From the IMG/VR virus record IMGVR_UViG_3300024989_000227: a stretch of DNA of 64,000 bases; one strand, given 5' to 3'. Below are positions 1 to 9,284 of the stretch, piece after piece. The translations under genes were made by a program, and so were the position numbers. Each line of letters opens with the position of its first letter. Within the stretch, counting starts at the first letter, position 1. The notes beneath the pieces are model-generated. The model ran no database searches. It was given only the letters and a program-made list of their open reading frames with translations, and was not told where the DNA came from. The DNA comes from an uncultured virus (IMG/VR IMGVR_UViG_3300024989_000227) (taxonomy: Duplodnaviria > Heunggongvirae > Uroviricota > Caudoviricetes).

Positions 1-660
1 ATGTGCAACCTTTATTCGATGACGCGCAATCAGGACGCCATCCGGCGGCTATTCAAGGTGACGAAGGACTCGGCCGGCAATCTGCCTTCCTTTCCGTCGA
101 TTTTTCCCAACAGTCTTGCGCCCGTCATCCGTCGCGCCAGGGACGATCGCGAGCTGCTCACGATGTACTGGGGGATGCCGAACCCTCCGCAGTTCGGCGG
201 CTACAACACCAACATCCGCAACGTGAGGTCTCCACACTGGCGCCGTTGGATGAAGCCGGAGAGCCGCTGCCTAGTGCCGGTCACCAGCTTCTCCGAATAC
301 GCGCCTGAGCCGAATCCGACGACCGGCAAAAAAGACATCATCTGGTTTTCGATCGACGTCGATCGGCCGCTGTTCGCGTTCGCCGGGATCTGGACCGAGT
401 GGAACGGCGAGCGCGGCCCGAAATCGAAACCGGCCGTTACCGGAAATCATCTCGCTTATGCTTTCTTGACGACCGAGCCTAACGCCGTGGTGGCGCCCAT
501 CCACCAGAAGGCGATGCCCGTCATCGTGCGCGAGAACGATTGGGACACATGGCTCAATGCCGACGCGGCCGACGCCGTCAAGCTTCAGCGGCCGTGGCCC
601 GACGACGAATTGCAGATCGTGGCGCGCGGACCAGCAAAGACCGATCAGCACCCCGATTGA
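1..660 (+). CDS. SOS response-associated peptidase (SRAP/YedK/HMCES family, abasic-site binding)
   Basis: Starts MCNLY (catalytic Cys2); NIRN, RCLVPVTSFSE, FAFAGIW and PIHQKAMPVI motifs. Confidence 0.92.
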   Translation: MCNLYSMTRNQDAIRRLFKVTKDSAGNLPSFPSIFPNSLAPVIRRARDDRELLTMYWGMPNPPQFGGYNTNIRNVRSPHWRRWMKPESRCLVPVTSFSEYAPEPNPTTGKKDIIWFSIDVDRPLFAFAGIWTEWNGERGPKSKPAVTGNHLAYAFLTTEPNAVVAPIHQKAMPVIVRENDWDTWLNADAADAVKLQRPWPDDELQIVARGPAKTDQHPD

Positions 661-692
661 CGACGTGACCGGGAATCGGGTCCAACGGCGCC

Positions 693-971
693 ATGCACGG
701 CCAAGCTCACGACCACTTCAAGAAAGACCGCCCATTTGCTTCACCAGAGGCGGCCGCTCGAAAGTTGCTAGATCTCGTCCGAGAGGAAATGGCCGCGATC
801 GGCCAACCGCACGCCTACACCGGGACAGTCAATTCCGCCTTCACACGAGACGGCTGCAGCGTCGCCGAGTACGGCGCTGGCATCGAATTTGGCGTTGCCC
901 AAGGCTGGTTCGAGATCGATAGTTCGGGAACGCGTATTACGTTCGGAACTAATTACGCTCTGTCGACTTAG
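693..971 (+). CDS. Hypothetical protein (92 aa)
   Basis: ATG ORF following SRAP with phage-like codon usage. Confidence 0.6.
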   Translation: MHGQAHDHFKKDRPFASPEAAARKLLDLVREEMAAIGQPHAYTGTVNSAFTRDGCSVAEYGAGIEFGVAQGWFEIDSSGTRITFGTNYALST

Positions 972-1069
972 CATTGCCGTCCCGCCTTGGGACTGAGGAG
1001 GCGGCGGCTCCGGCGTTCCGCTATCCAGCCGCCCGGGACCGTCGCCCCCGACTGCGCGGAGTTCGAGCG

Positions 1070-1369
1070 ATGGCATGGGATAGGCGATTTGAAGACCCGG
1101 TGCAGCTGCCGAATGGCAAGATCGCGCTCACCTTGGAAAATGCCGGCGACTACATCACGAAACTGTCCGCCGATCAGCACAAACACACGAAATGGCAGAC
1201 CGCGATGCGCGCACTGATCGAGGCAGAGGAAGACGGCGGCGTGTTGATGCCCGCTCGCATTGGCGTGCTGCAGGCGATTCAGAAGGACGTTGAGCCGACG
1301 CATGAACCGGGCAAACGGGTGACGCCGGCGACGAAATTGGGGCGAAGGAAGCTGGCGAGGGACCTGTAA
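1070..1369 (+). CDS. Hypothetical protein of a type common in rhizobial prophages
   Basis: Start moved to ATG 1070 (MAWDRRFEDPVQLP...WQTAMRALI) with GGAG upstream. Confidence 0.65.
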   Translation: MAWDRRFEDPVQLPNGKIALTLENAGDYITKLSADQHKHTKWQTAMRALIEAEEDGGVLMPARIGVLQAIQKDVEPTHEPGKRVTPATKLGRRKLARDL

Positions 1370-1516
1370 TCAAACCTTGGCCGACGGTCATCTTTGCCGA
1401 TCAATCCGCCGCTGGCAGGTAGCGGCCCGCGGCACAAGCCTATTGATTTTAAATGGAGCCTGCGGAATCAATACTCTGGTTTAGGTACCTTTTTGGTTTT
1501 AATCAGGGGGCCGCAT

Positions 1517-2107
1517 ATGAAACCAATTTTTTGGTCATTTCTTTCGCTCGCCATGTTAACGGCGTTCCCAGCTCACTCGCAGGACTACCCAACTCAAACC
1601 AAAAGCCGGGTCGACATCAACACGGTAGTCCGCTCGGTCCAATGCGAGATGGGGCGTTTCGCTAGAAACTTGCGCCGATACCATATTCCTGCACAGCGGC
1701 TGAACGCTACGATCGTCGTGACGGATAAGATCGAGAATACGTCAGGCTTCGGCTTTGACGTCCGGGCTGCGATCATCGCCCTGCTCGGAGGCGCGCATTT
1801 GCAGAACGGGAATGTGCGGACGAATACCCTAAAAGCCAAGAAATACCGCATCAATGCAGATAACGACGCGGCCTGTCATGACCGTAACAATCTGATTTTG
1901 GCGGATCTTCGGGAGTGCCTCTTGAAGGATGCTCCGCTTTTCGCGCAATGGGACATCGATTGCGTTTCCCAAGTGAATGTGAAGACCACAGCTTCGGTGG
2001 GACTAACCATCCCCGTGAGCATCGTCACCATAGGACCAAACGCGAGTTGGGATAAGACATACACGCACGCCGTACAAGTTACGGCCCCTCCGGGTGGCGG
2101 CGGTTAA
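1517..2107 (+). CDS. Exported Cys-containing moron protein
   Basis: ATG 1517 after AGGGGG; signal peptide MKPIFWSFLSLAMLTAFPAHS; 4 Cys; AT-rich upstream region; convergent with the late operon. Confidence 0.7.
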   Translation: MKPIFWSFLSLAMLTAFPAHSQDYPTQTKSRVDINTVVRSVQCEMGRFARNLRRYHIPAQRLNATIVVTDKIENTSGFGFDVRAAIIALLGGAHLQNGNVRTNTLKAKKYRINADNDAACHDRNNLILADLRECLLKDAPLFAQWDIDCVSQVNVKTTASVGLTIPVSIVTIGPNASWDKTYTHAVQVTAPPGGGG

Positions 2108-2124
2108 GCGACCCCAAGAATCAG

Positions 2125-2161
2125 AAAAGGCCCCGCCGCCCAGTGAAGGGCGAGCGGGGCC
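2125..2161 (-). terminator. Intrinsic terminator ending the late operon
   Basis: GGCCCCGC-CGCCC / GGGCG-A-GCGGGGCC hairpin followed by TTTT on the minus strand. Confidence 0.7.
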
Positions 2162-2186
2162 ATGTCGTTCTTTGGCTGGTACGGAG

Positions 2187-2561
2187 TCAGGTCTTCTTGT
2201 CGATCTTGGATTCCATTCTTTCCAGCCGAGCCTCGATCTTCGCGCCAAGGCTGGCGAGCGCGTCAGCGTTCTGCTTGTTCACTTCGTGGAAGCTGTCGCG
2301 TCTCATGAAGGTGTCGCGGCAGAACAGCTCGACCTCGCGGATTTTTTCCCTGATGCCGGCGAACGTTTCGCCGACATCTCGGGTGGCCCTATCCTGGCGC
2401 CGTTCGATCTCTCCTTTGGAATCCTCGATCGACTTCCTGAGAGAAGCCTCCATCGAAGCCAGCCGGCCCGACAATTTCCATCCGCCCCCAAAAATCAGTT
2501 GGATGGCGGTGAGAAGGACTGCGAGGCCCGCGATGATGACGGCGACGGTGGATGTTTCCAT
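2187..2561 (-). CDS. Membrane-anchored coiled-coil protein in the lysis cassette (holin- or i-spanin-like)
   Basis: N-terminal TM (VAVIIAGLAVLLTAIQLIF) followed by a charged helical segment. Confidence 0.6.
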   Translation of the reverse strand: METSTVAVIIAGLAVLLTAIQLIFGGGWKLSGRLASMEASLRKSIEDSKGEIERRQDRATRDVGETFAGIREKIREVELFCRDTFMRRDSFHEVNKQNADALASLGAKIEARLERMESKIDKKT

Positions 2562-2585
2562 TCCGGCGTTTCCAGTTGCGAGAGG

Positions 2586-2834
2586 TCAGGTCGTGGTGGT
2601 CCCGTCATCCTCCGGCAGTGGAGTCTGAAAGTCGGCGCTGTCAGCCTTCAGTTGAGCTAGCAAGGCATCAACCTGGTCCTGCGTCGCATTCGTGCCCGCC
2701 AGCATGCCGCCGATTGCCGCGACGTAGGGCTCGGCACTGACGATGCCTTTCTGGATCGCAGGAGCCGCCTTGACGATTGCGTCGACGATTTGTCCGGCGA
2801 GAACGATGCCGGCCTCGAGGGTAGCTGCATCCAT
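2586..2834 (-). CDS. Hypothetical lysis-region protein (82 aa)
   Basis: Closely packed after the lipoprotein gene; amphipathic helices. Confidence 0.6.
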   Translation of the reverse strand: MDAATLEAGIVLAGQIVDAIVKAAPAIQKGIVSAEPYVAAIGGMLAGTNATQDQVDALLAQLKADSADFQTPLPEDDGTTTT

Positions 2835-2835
2835 G

Positions 2836-3240
2836 TCATTGCACTCCGTTCGTTGCCAGAAGGCTTTTCAGATCTCCCACGGCCGTGGACGCGGCGCTGA
2901 GGACGTTAGTTGCGTCCACCGTGGGATAGGTCTTGATGAAAGTGTTGGCGCGATCGATCGCCGCGATAGCCTTCCGGTCCGCCGCCTGCAACGTGATGAT
3001 GATGGATCGCTTCGCGCAAGGATTGGTCACGGTTGCCGTGGTGCCAGTCTTGCACAACGGAAGAGACTTGTAGGCGCGCTCGCCGCTCAGGGCGATGCCG
3101 TAGCTGGCCTCGATCGAGGCCATGGTATTCAGCGTAACGGTATTGGAGAGATTGATTGACGGCAGTGTCTTGGCGCAGCCGCCCAGCAGCAGCGACGCAA
3201 TCATGAGCGCGGCGGCCGCCCCGAGATGGAGGATTCGCAT
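2836..3240 (-). CDS. Lipoprotein in the lysis cassette (o-spanin candidate)
   Basis: Signal peptide with lipobox LLLGG|C; AAAGGA RBS. Confidence 0.65.
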   Translation of the reverse strand: MRILHLGAAAALMIASLLLGGCAKTLPSINLSNTVTLNTMASIEASYGIALSGERAYKSLPLCKTGTTATVTNPCAKRSIIITLQAADRKAIAAIDRANTFIKTYPTVDATNVLSAASTAVGDLKSLLATNGVQ

Positions 3241-3280
3241 TGTGGTCCTTTCAGTTTGTTGGAGGAAGAGGGGTGATCGG

Positions 3281-3961
3281 TCAGGCCGTTGTGGTCGGCG
3301 TGACCGCGGGATTGGCCGCAGTTAGAACGCCAACCTTGTCGATCAGCTTTTTTGCAAGGTCTTCCGGCGTGAGCCCGAACTTGACGACGGCTGACTGGGC
3401 CCACTGGTTGATCTGATTGACGCCCTGAACCACGAGCGGACTTTTGGCGTCGAGCGTCATGCCATCGAGTTTGGCGCCGGCCTTCATCACGAGGCTGCCT
3501 GCAGCATTGGTCAGCGCGGTCTCGAGCAGCTCGCGTGCATGCGCTTCGATCTGTAGGACCGCGGCGCTACCTTCCAGGCCAGCTCGCTTATTGATGACAG
3601 CCGTGATCCACCCGAACAGGGCAAGGATGACAGCCACGGCCGAACCGACCAGATATTGCAGCCATGGCGCCAGCAACTGCCCGACGTTGATCGTCGTCTC
3701 GGAAGGCGCGCTCGACGTTACCGTCGTCTGCGCGAAGGCTATGCGCGACAGAACGACACAAACGACGAGGGTGGCGAGACAGACGATGATGCGACGCGCG
3801 ATCGGCGAATAGGCGAGGATCACGATGCTGACCAGGCCGAGCAGCACCAGCGACAGCGGCATGTCGAGGTAGGCGAGGTGAGGGAAGGGCAGGACGGCAA
3901 ACATTGCCGCAAGCACGACGACGACAGCCAGCAGGATGCCGGCGTCCCAGGTACGGAACAT
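3281..3961 (-). CDS. Multi-TM holin-like membrane protein
   Basis: About four hydrophobic segments; directly downstream of the endolysin. Confidence 0.55.
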   Translation of the reverse strand: MFRTWDAGILLAVVVVLAAMFAVLPFPHLAYLDMPLSLVLLGLVSIVILAYSPIARRIIVCLATLVVCVVLSRIAFAQTTVTSSAPSETTINVGQLLAPWLQYLVGSAVAVILALFGWITAVINKRAGLEGSAAVLQIEAHARELLETALTNAAGSLVMKAGAKLDGMTLDAKSPLVVQGVNQINQWAQSAVVKFGLTPEDLAKKLIDKVGVLTAANPAVTPTTTA

Positions 3962-4008
3962 GTCAGTTCTCCAAAGATGTTGTCGGGATGGCTGGACTGG
4001 CCGCGCTA

Positions 4009-4827
4009 CTAAGGGAGAGGTTTCGCCAGTGCCAGTCTGGTAAGGGGGCCGGCAATGCCGTCGGGGGTAAGCGCGTGATTTTTCTGGAAATGGATCACGG
4101 CCGCTTTTGTTTTCGGGCCGATGATCCCGTCGACGATTAGCTTCGCGCCGTACAGATTCAACCGGGTCTGCAGCCAGACATCATCTGTCAGCGTGGAAGG
4201 CGGCAAGGTTGCAGTTGGTGCCGACTGGCTCTCTACGCTTGGATGCGAATGGCCGCCGCCGTTGCGCGCCTGCATTTCGGATTCGACGGCGCGAACCAAA
4301 TCGGCTTTGACCATATTTCGGCCGGGGCAGCTTTTGTGCGTCGTCTTTGGGTCTTCCTTGTGGAAGTGAATGCCGCGAGAACCCTTCGAATAATCCGAAG
4401 GGTTCAGCCCCGCGAAAAGGTGCAGTGTTGCAAGCGCCGAGATCAGATTGTCGCGAACGTCGCCGGTGAATGGTTCGCTCTCGAACTCTCCGACCGTTTC
4501 AACGCCCCATGTCCGGGAATTCCATGCCGGTGAATGGGTACCGGGTCCACTCAATGGTGAGAACACCCAAATTTTGTCGACCGCCACGAACAGATGAGGA
4601 CCGGCCGACCAACCTAAACCTCGATAGTAGCTTTCGAGATTGCGCATCCACTGCTCACCCGTCCATTCCTTCCGCGCCTGCCATTGTCGGTAGAGCGCGG
4701 CCGACGGCGCGCTGGTGTTGTGCACGACGACGAATGATGGGCGCCAAGCCGCCATCACGATTCCTGATACGTAGCCTTCGAATTCGGCTGCGGTGAAGCC
4801 GCGACCTACAATAGGTTTCCATGTCAT
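4009..4827 (-). CDS. Endolysin: N-acetylmuramoyl-L-alanine amidase (Amidase_2) with C-terminal peptidoglycan-binding domain
   Basis: VVVHNT, GPHLF, GVE, HFHKE..HKSCPG zinc motifs; DGIIGPKT/DGIAGPLT binding repeats; start moved to ATG 4827. Confidence 0.88.
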   Translation of the reverse strand: MTWKPIVGRGFTAAEFEGYVSGIVMAAWRPSFVVVHNTSAPSAALYRQWQARKEWTGEQWMRNLESYYRGLGWSAGPHLFVAVDKIWVFSPLSGPGTHSPAWNSRTWGVETVGEFESEPFTGDVRDNLISALATLHLFAGLNPSDYSKGSRGIHFHKEDPKTTHKSCPGRNMVKADLVRAVESEMQARNGGGHSHPSVESQSAPTATLPPSTLTDDVWLQTRLNLYGAKLIVDGIIGPKTKAAVIHFQKNHALTPDGIAGPLTRLALAKPLP

Positions 4828-4972
4828 TGGCGCGATACCGCGCGGAGCGCGCACGACGGCGCTTCCCCGAAAGAGAGGTTGGGCATTGGATCGGTCCTTT
4901 GGTTTGGTTCGACTTTTCAGCAGCAACGTGGAAGGATCGTCGTTGCCACGGCTATCAAAAAGAAAAAATCAA

Positions 4973-6052
4973 ATGCATCAGACAGCGCGCCATTATGGCT
5001 TTCTCGCCGAACATCAACCTTCGCAATCGATCTTGGCTCCACAGACCCACCGGGATATTGGACTTGACGGAATAAAGGTCGTCGCGACTTTCCTTGTCAT
5101 TTTCATTCACGTCTCGGGTGTCGGGTTCGCCGCGATCAATCATCCACACTGGCTTGCGGTTGATTTCTATCAGAGCGTTTCACGTATCTGCGTCCCGCTA
5201 TTCTTCATGGTGACTGGCGCGCTGCTGCTGCCGACCACCCCGACAATCAAATCGATTGTAAGGCGAGTGTGGCGAGTCGGGCTGCCGCTTGCGGCATGGT
5301 CGTACATTTATCTGCTGTGGCACTTCAAGATCGAGACAAAACCGGTAGACTGGGCCGCACCTCTTTACGGTCCCGTCGTGGCCCACCTGTGGTATCTCTA
5401 CGCTCTGATCGGAATATATCTGAGCCTTCCGGTCCTTTCCGGGTTTTTCCGCCTCAACGAGACCCGCGTCCAAATCTTTTCTTTGGCGTTTTGGTTTTTT
5501 GGCAGCAGTGTCTTGATGATGATCTACATGCTGACCAAGACCGGCATTGCAGGGATCGATTTTTCATCGCTTGTCTTGTACGGCGGCTACGTCGCCGCAG
5601 GCGCTCTACTTTACTGGCGGTTCGAATACACAGCCAAAGCAGCCAGAATTGCAGCCATTATCGCCGCGGTATCGACGGTAGGGACGTGTCTCCTTACGAG
5701 GTACATATCGATGAGGAATGGCGTCGCCGTCGAGATATTCTTCGAATATTCTTCACCGCTGGTTCTGATCGCGACGCTGTCATCATTCATTGCGTCGCGA
5801 CCCGCGTTTAACCATTTAGCGTCGACGCACAGACGCTTCGGTGCAACCGTTGTGAACCTGAGCCATGTGAGCTTTGGGATTTACCTCGTTCATCCCATGA
5901 TCATATGGACACTCGGAATGCGCGGTTTTGACTTTAGGTCACATAACTATTGGTGGAGCATCCCTCTGGTGACGATTATCGTCTTCATGATCTCAGCACT
6001 TGTGGTCGGACTGATGCAACGAATCCCTCTCGCTCGAAAGATCGTCTCCTGA
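4973..6052 (+). CDS. Acyltransferase_3 family membrane O-acyltransferase (lysogenic conversion moron)
   Basis: GLDGIKVVATFLVIFIH, VPLFFMVTG, HLWYL and SFGIYLVH motifs; multi-TM; opposite strand to the late operon. Confidence 0.9.
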   Translation: MHQTARHYGFLAEHQPSQSILAPQTHRDIGLDGIKVVATFLVIFIHVSGVGFAAINHPHWLAVDFYQSVSRICVPLFFMVTGALLLPTTPTIKSIVRRVWRVGLPLAAWSYIYLLWHFKIETKPVDWAAPLYGPVVAHLWYLYALIGIYLSLPVLSGFFRLNETRVQIFSLAFWFFGSSVLMMIYMLTKTGIAGIDFSSLVLYGGYVAAGALLYWRFEYTAKAARIAAIIAAVSTVGTCLLTRYISMRNGVAVEIFFEYSSPLVLIATLSSFIASRPAFNHLASTHRRFGATVVNLSHVSFGIYLVHPMIIWTLGMRGFDFRSHNYWWSIPLVTIIVFMISALVVGLMQRIPLARKIVS

Positions 6053-6053
6053 T

Positions 6054-7433
6054 CTACTTGCTGCAATATTCGTAAACGACCACGCTGCCACCGGCCCCGG
6101 CACCGCCAGCAAACGGACCAGAACTGGCGCCGGCGCCGCCCGCACTTCCGCCGCCACCATAATTCGAGCCGGGTGAACCGGCCGCATTACCAGTGTTACC
6201 TGATAGATTGGCGCCCCCGCCGCCACGCGCCGCTGCGCCGCCGACCCCCCTGACAGCGATAACCTGTGATCCGGTGTTGAGGCCCCAACCCACGACCCCC
6301 GGCTGACCAGTTAAAAGCACGTCTCCGGCGGTACCAGAACCACCAGAGCCGCCCACAGCGGCACTGACAGCCGCGGCCGAACCCGCAAATCCACCGCCAC
6401 CGCCTGTTGCTACAGTGATGGAGCCGAATGATGAAGTCCCGCCGCCTCCACCATTTGCGCCAGATACCGCCGCGCCGCCCGCGCCAACGGTAACTGTCTG
6501 CGTTGTCGGTGATGCAATCAGAGATTCAGCGTAGCCGCCGCCACCACCACCGCCGCTTATGGCCATCTGACCGGCCACTGTAGCAGGTGCGCCGCCGCCA
6601 GCACCGCCGCCGCCGATAGTCTGCGCGATCGCAAAAAGAACGTTAGGATTCGGCGTATAGGTGAAAGTGCCGGGCGTCAGATACTTGGTTACTCGAAGGA
6701 CGCCGATCGCCTGCTGCGATCCGAGAACGCCAGCATTATTGTAGAGGAACTGTCCGCTCGTTCCGCCAGTGACCGTGGTAGTCCCGACCACAATCGACGA
6801 AACCGGAACTGTGCATGACGATCCCAGCGTACAAGGCGTTCCATTCACCGAAACCGACGAATTAGCGAGAACTGAGTTCGGAACGGTGCCAGCGCCGCTC
6901 ACCGTCCCCGTGAACACCGGGCTCGTGAGCGTCTGGTTCGTCCAAGTGTTCGCGTGCGTGGTGTCGATGCCGAGCGAGCCAGCCGCCGTTTTCAACGTCG
7001 CGTCGTAGCTGAGCGCGAACGTCGTTATCCCTCCCGGAAACGTAACTGCCAGAGGAGGCGTCGCGGCGAAGCTTGCTGCGGAGGCGCCGCTCAACGGCCC
7101 GATAGTCGCCCCGTTGATCTGCGCGAAAATACCAGCCGACGTGACCCAAACGTCGCCATCGTTCGGAGTTGAAGGCGCGCCTCCGGGGGATAGATTAAAA
7201 CCCGACTTTGTAGCCGATGCTGCCGCCGTCCCCAGTCGGCCGAGCATGACGTCGCCCGCCTTGTTGATGGGAGCGTAGCCGAGTGTGTCTTGCTTCTGCG
7301 CGAACCAATTGTTCCACTGGCCGACCGTCGGCACCATGCCGTACGTCATCGCCGGATTCGTCGGCAGGGATTGGCTAAACGCGGCCGTGGTGGCAGCCGC
7401 CATCACCGCCGCGACAAGTGCGAGCTTCTTCAT
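6054..7433 (-). CDS. Glycine-rich tail-fibre-like protein with N-terminal signal peptide
   Basis: C-terminal Gly-rich domain (PGTFTYTP...IGGGGAGGG...GSVVVYEY); position after the fibre and chaperone genes; N-terminus MKKLALVAAVMAAATTAAFS. Confidence 0.75.
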   Translation of the reverse strand: MKKLALVAAVMAAATTAAFSQSLPTNPAMTYGMVPTVGQWNNWFAQKQDTLGYAPINKAGDVMLGRLGTAAASATKSGFNLSPGGAPSTPNDGDVWVTSAGIFAQINGATIGPLSGASAASFAATPPLAVTFPGGITTFALSYDATLKTAAGSLGIDTTHANTWTNQTLTSPVFTGTVSGAGTVPNSVLANSSVSVNGTPCTLGSSCTVPVSSIVVGTTTVTGGTSGQFLYNNAGVLGSQQAIGVLRVTKYLTPGTFTYTPNPNVLFAIAQTIGGGGAGGGAPATVAGQMAISGGGGGGGYAESLIASPTTQTVTVGAGGAAVSGANGGGGGTSSFGSITVATGGGGGFAGSAAAVSAAVGGSGGSGTAGDVLLTGQPGVVGWGLNTGSQVIAVRGVGGAAARGGGGANLSGNTGNAAGSPGSNYGGGGSAGGAGASSGPFAGGAGAGGSVVVYEYCSK

Positions 7434-7460
7434 CGATTTGCCTGAGATTTGAGTGGAGAA

Positions 7461-8084
7461 CTACGCGTGGTCGGCGGGCCAGTCGGCGCCATCGATCATC
7501 TGGATCGTGGTGATGATGCCCCCCGCGATGCCTGCCTCAACCGTTTTCAGCGTGTCGAAAGTGCTTTGAACGAAGTCGGCAACCTCGATCGCGATGGTGA
7601 GGAAATCGGCGGCGGATATTGTAACCCAGGTCGTTGCTCCGAACTGCCAGTTTATCTCAGCCGGAGGATTGGGTTGCGCGAGCCGGACCGACTTCCCGGT
7701 CAGCAGCGTCATCGAGACCGGGTCTGAATTGAAGCGATACGGATTGCCGTTCAATGTCACGGTGTAGCCGCCGATCGCGAGGCTCCACTGCTTGACGTTG
7801 GCGTAGCCGACGAGCTGGTCTTGGGTATAGGCACCCAAGCCGGGTTGGATAAAGGTCGTCCCGTTGAAGAGCCACGTCGGCAGATATCCGGGAGCGCCGT
7901 TTGTCATGACGCTCCAGAGGCCGGCTTCATCTTCGATGAGCGGTGTCTGGTACCCGTTCGAGAGCCACTTCTGATATCCGTCGTCACCGATCGGCACCAT
8001 GATGTTGCGGGCGCTCGAGTAGACCTTCGAACTGTCGCCCGCGATGAACCAATACCAGTTCTGGTAATCGACACTGTAAATCAT
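7461..8084 (-). CDS. Tail fibre assembly protein (DUF4376-like C-terminus)
   Basis: Follows the tail fibre gene; INWQFG..WVTI..ADF...VADFVQSTF pattern. Confidence 0.65.
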   Translation of the reverse strand: MIYSVDYQNWYWFIAGDSSKVYSSARNIMVPIGDDGYQKWLSNGYQTPLIEDEAGLWSVMTNGAPGYLPTWLFNGTTFIQPGLGAYTQDQLVGYANVKQWSLAIGGYTVTLNGNPYRFNSDPVSMTLLTGKSVRLAQPNPPAEINWQFGATTWVTISAADFLTIAIEVADFVQSTFDTLKTVEAGIAGGIITTIQMIDGADWPADHA

Positions 8085-9277
8085 GTGTATTGGCCCCCCG
8101 TCGATGTCGTCCCGGCAATGGTTCCGGGCAGATAGTTCGGCCCCGAACCTGCAGTATTGATGACACCGTTTGAACTCGCGGCGTATCGCATTCCGGTGAC
8201 GTTGCTCGCCCCTGAAATCGACGAATAGTACGTGCTAGCGATCGCGTTACTTGCGGCGACGGCGAAGGCTGAACTGAAGGTGACCGCAGCCGTGATGTTC
8301 AGCGTTGGGAACGGCACTCCTGAAGTATAAATAAATGCACCATTGCTGGCGGTGATATGCGTTTTGGCCGATCCACTGATACGGACATCACCGATCATGC
8401 CAATCGCACCGCCAACACCATAAAGATGACTATCAGCGCACGCACCAAACTCGCAGTTTCGCACCGTCACGCTTGTGTTGGCGTTCGACAACACACCGCA
8501 ACCCGGTTGCCCCTTTACGACATCTGTTGCCGCCGATGACAGCTTCAAGCCTGCGATCAAATATCCGCTCGGCGCGCCGGTGTCGGCGGCCGGACCGCTT
8601 GCCGCCCGAACATGCACGTTCGCCGGCGTCGCCTCGTTACCCACAATCGAAACCCGACCAGACCCATTGATCGGCCGCATCACAAAGGGTGCATAGGTGC
8701 CGGCGAGATAATCGGCGACGATGATTGTGACGGTATAGCCGTTGAGGTTGAATAGCTGGGCGGCGTCGATTGCCTTCTGGATCGATGCGAACGGCGATCC
8801 AGCCGAAAGACCGCTGTTGCTATCCGAGCCAGTTGCGCCGTTTACATAGTACGTGCGCGGCGCCTGCAGCGTCGGCGTAATGATTGGTATCCACTTCGAG
8901 CTTCCCGAATCCGGATCATCTAGATTGTCGTCGACGACAGACAGCCATAGCTGGTTGCCTGTAACTGACGGGAGGACTGCACCTCGGGGGTATCCGCCGA
9001 TCGAAGATGCAAAGGGTGCGTCGTAGGGCGCCGATCCACCAGCTGCGTTCCATCGATTCCATGACGATATCTGGTTGAGGAGCCCATTGAAGTCCTGGCC
9101 GAACGGAGGCACGCCGCCGGCTGATACCGGTGAGAAGTTTTCGGGCGGGAAGCCTTGCTCTAGTGATGCTTCGCCAGGAGTCCCCGTGGGAGATTGTGGG
9201 ATGCTGCGTATGTATCCAACACCGGCGAGCGATGCGAACGCAATCTTGAACTTGGTAGGGATGTCTGAAATCTTCAT
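8081..9277 (-). CDS. Tail fibre / tailspike protein
   Basis: N-terminal GFPP...GGVPPFGQDFNG and GGYPRGA motifs; YYVNGATGSDSNSG..PFASIQKAID followed by beta-helix-like repeats. Confidence 0.85.
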   Translation of the reverse strand: MKISDIPTKFKIAFASLAGVGYIRSIPQSPTGTPGEASLEQGFPPENFSPVSAGGVPPFGQDFNGLLNQISSWNRWNAAGGSAPYDAPFASSIGGYPRGAVLPSVTGNQLWLSVVDDNLDDPDSGSSKWIPIITPTLQAPRTYYVNGATGSDSNSGLSAGSPFASIQKAIDAAQLFNLNGYTVTIIVADYLAGTYAPFVMRPINGSGRVSIVGNEATPANVHVRAASGPAADTGAPSGYLIAGLKLSSAATDVVKGQPGCGVLSNANTSVTVRNCEFGACADSHLYGVGGAIGMIGDVRISGSAKTHITASNGAFIYTSGVPFPTLNITAAVTFSSAFAVAASNAIASTYYSSISGASNVTGMRYAASSNGVINTAGSGPNYLPGTIAGTTSTGGQYT

Positions 9278-9284
9278 ATGACCC

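Noticed and set aside
6080..6620. CCG/CCA tandem repeats
   Set aside because: They only encode poly-Gly on the minus strand
6054..9277. Diversity-generating retroelement or invertible tail-fibre cassette
   Set aside because: No reverse transcriptase, invertase or TR/VR duplication seen
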